Assembly (NCBI GenBank): GCA_021789095.1
Contig: JAJYJX010000001.1
Location: 1 to 34,644 of the forward strand
Source of the DNA: a bacterium
GTDB taxonomy: Bacteria > JAMCPX01
DNA length: 34,644 nt
Reading direction: 5' to 3'
Shown: in pieces, positions 34,120-34,644 of the stretch
How positions within the stretch are numbered: the stretch's first letter is position 1
Layout: every line of letters starts with the position of its first letter
Position numbers and translations under genes: made by a program
Notes under the pieces: model-generated
Databases searched by the model: none
What the model saw: the letters and a program-made list of their open reading frames with translations, nothing else
Told to the model about the DNA's origin: nothing

Positions 34120-34644
34120 CTACTTCCATTCCCCGAGCAGTTTTGACAGAATCTCGAATCCGTTTTCTATGAATACGCCGCTTTTCTCCGCATCGGACTC
34201 GTTGAAAGCAAACCTGTTATTGAATTCTTTGGTTGAATCGTTTAACAGGAAAGGCACAGGTTCTTCCGTGTGTGTCTTCCGTGCTATCGGGGTCCTGTGG
34301 TCCGATAATACGAGCATCCTGAATGCATCGAACCGCTTCATGCCGTCCAGCACCCCGCCCACGATCTTTTCATCAAAGTCCTCTATTGCCTTTATCTTCA
34401 GCTCTATGTCGCCATTATGACCGGCCTCGTCAGGTGCTTCGACATGTATGTAGATAAGGTCATGGTCTTTCAAGGCATTGAAACCGTATTCTGCCTTGCC
34501 TTTGTAGTTTGTATCTATCCAGCCGGTTATACCCGGGACAGCAATGATATCAAAGCCCGCGAGCTTGGCAATGCCCCGCACAAGGTCAACCGCGGATATG
34601 CATGCGCCCGAGAGATTGTGCAATTTTTTGAACGGAGGGATATG
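34120..34644 (-). CDS. apgM: Cofactor-independent phosphoglycerate mutase, archaeal-type (ApgM family), C-terminal part (5' end outside the window)
   Basis: It has the metalloenzyme motifs HVEAPDEAGHNGD and LVLSDHRTP. The frame is open to the window edge (HIPPFKKLHNLSGA...). Confidence 0.85.
   Translation of the reverse strand, partial: HIPPFKKLHNLSGACISAVDLVRGIAKLAGFDIIAVPGITGWIDTNYKGKAEYGFNALKDHDLIYIHVEAPDEAGHNGDIELKIKAIEDFDEKIVGGVLDGMKRFDAFRMLVLSDHRTPIARKTHTEEPVPFLLNDSTKEFNNRFAFNESDAEKSGVFIENGFEILSKLLGEWK

Overview
This 34.6 kb window comes from an AT-leaning bacterial chromosome. Codon usage is rich in AGG/AGA (Arg) and ATA (Ile). My guess at the source is a Nitrospirota/Thermodesulfovibrionia-like or similar uncultured lineage, which cannot be verified here. 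Most of the window is conserved housekeeping. This includes tig-clpP-clpX-lon, a long co-directional block (rplU-rpmA-obg-proB-proA-nadD-rsfS-rlmH-lapB-like), rdgB, accD and a partial apgM. I found no rRNA, tRNA, CRISPR array, transposase or integrase. Four accessory regions stand out. (1) A minus-strand block (34119-27567) encodes a 1090-aa MalT-type STAND NTPase with a C-terminal SARP module (OmpR-type winged helix plus BTAD). It is followed by three phased 11-bp direct repeats that abut an extended -10. This looks like a SARP-box promoter aimed at an operon of a Crp-like regulator, a class-II-like cNMP phosphodiesterase, accD and a DUF456 protein. (2) Two tandem TMTC/PMT-like GT-C glycosyltransferase-TPR paralogs sit divergent from a secreted beta-propeller lipoprotein with a cysteine-rich tail. 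That lipoprotein gene carries near-identical internal DNA repeats. (3) An envelope-glycan cluster (GT4, a WecA/MraY-type phosphotransferase fused to a WbaP/CapD-type 4TM plus Rossmann-like module, and a DPM1-like GT2) is followed by a GC-rich aldo/keto reductase that looks foreign. (4) A membrane-anchored Hanks kinase has its kinase domain at the C-terminus, behind an array of about 20-residue helical repeats. Smaller items are an rsfS with no canonical start codon, a LapA-LapB fusion, two palindromic intergenic elements and a perfect 28-bp palindrome. All functional calls rest on motifs I recognised by eye. No database search was run.
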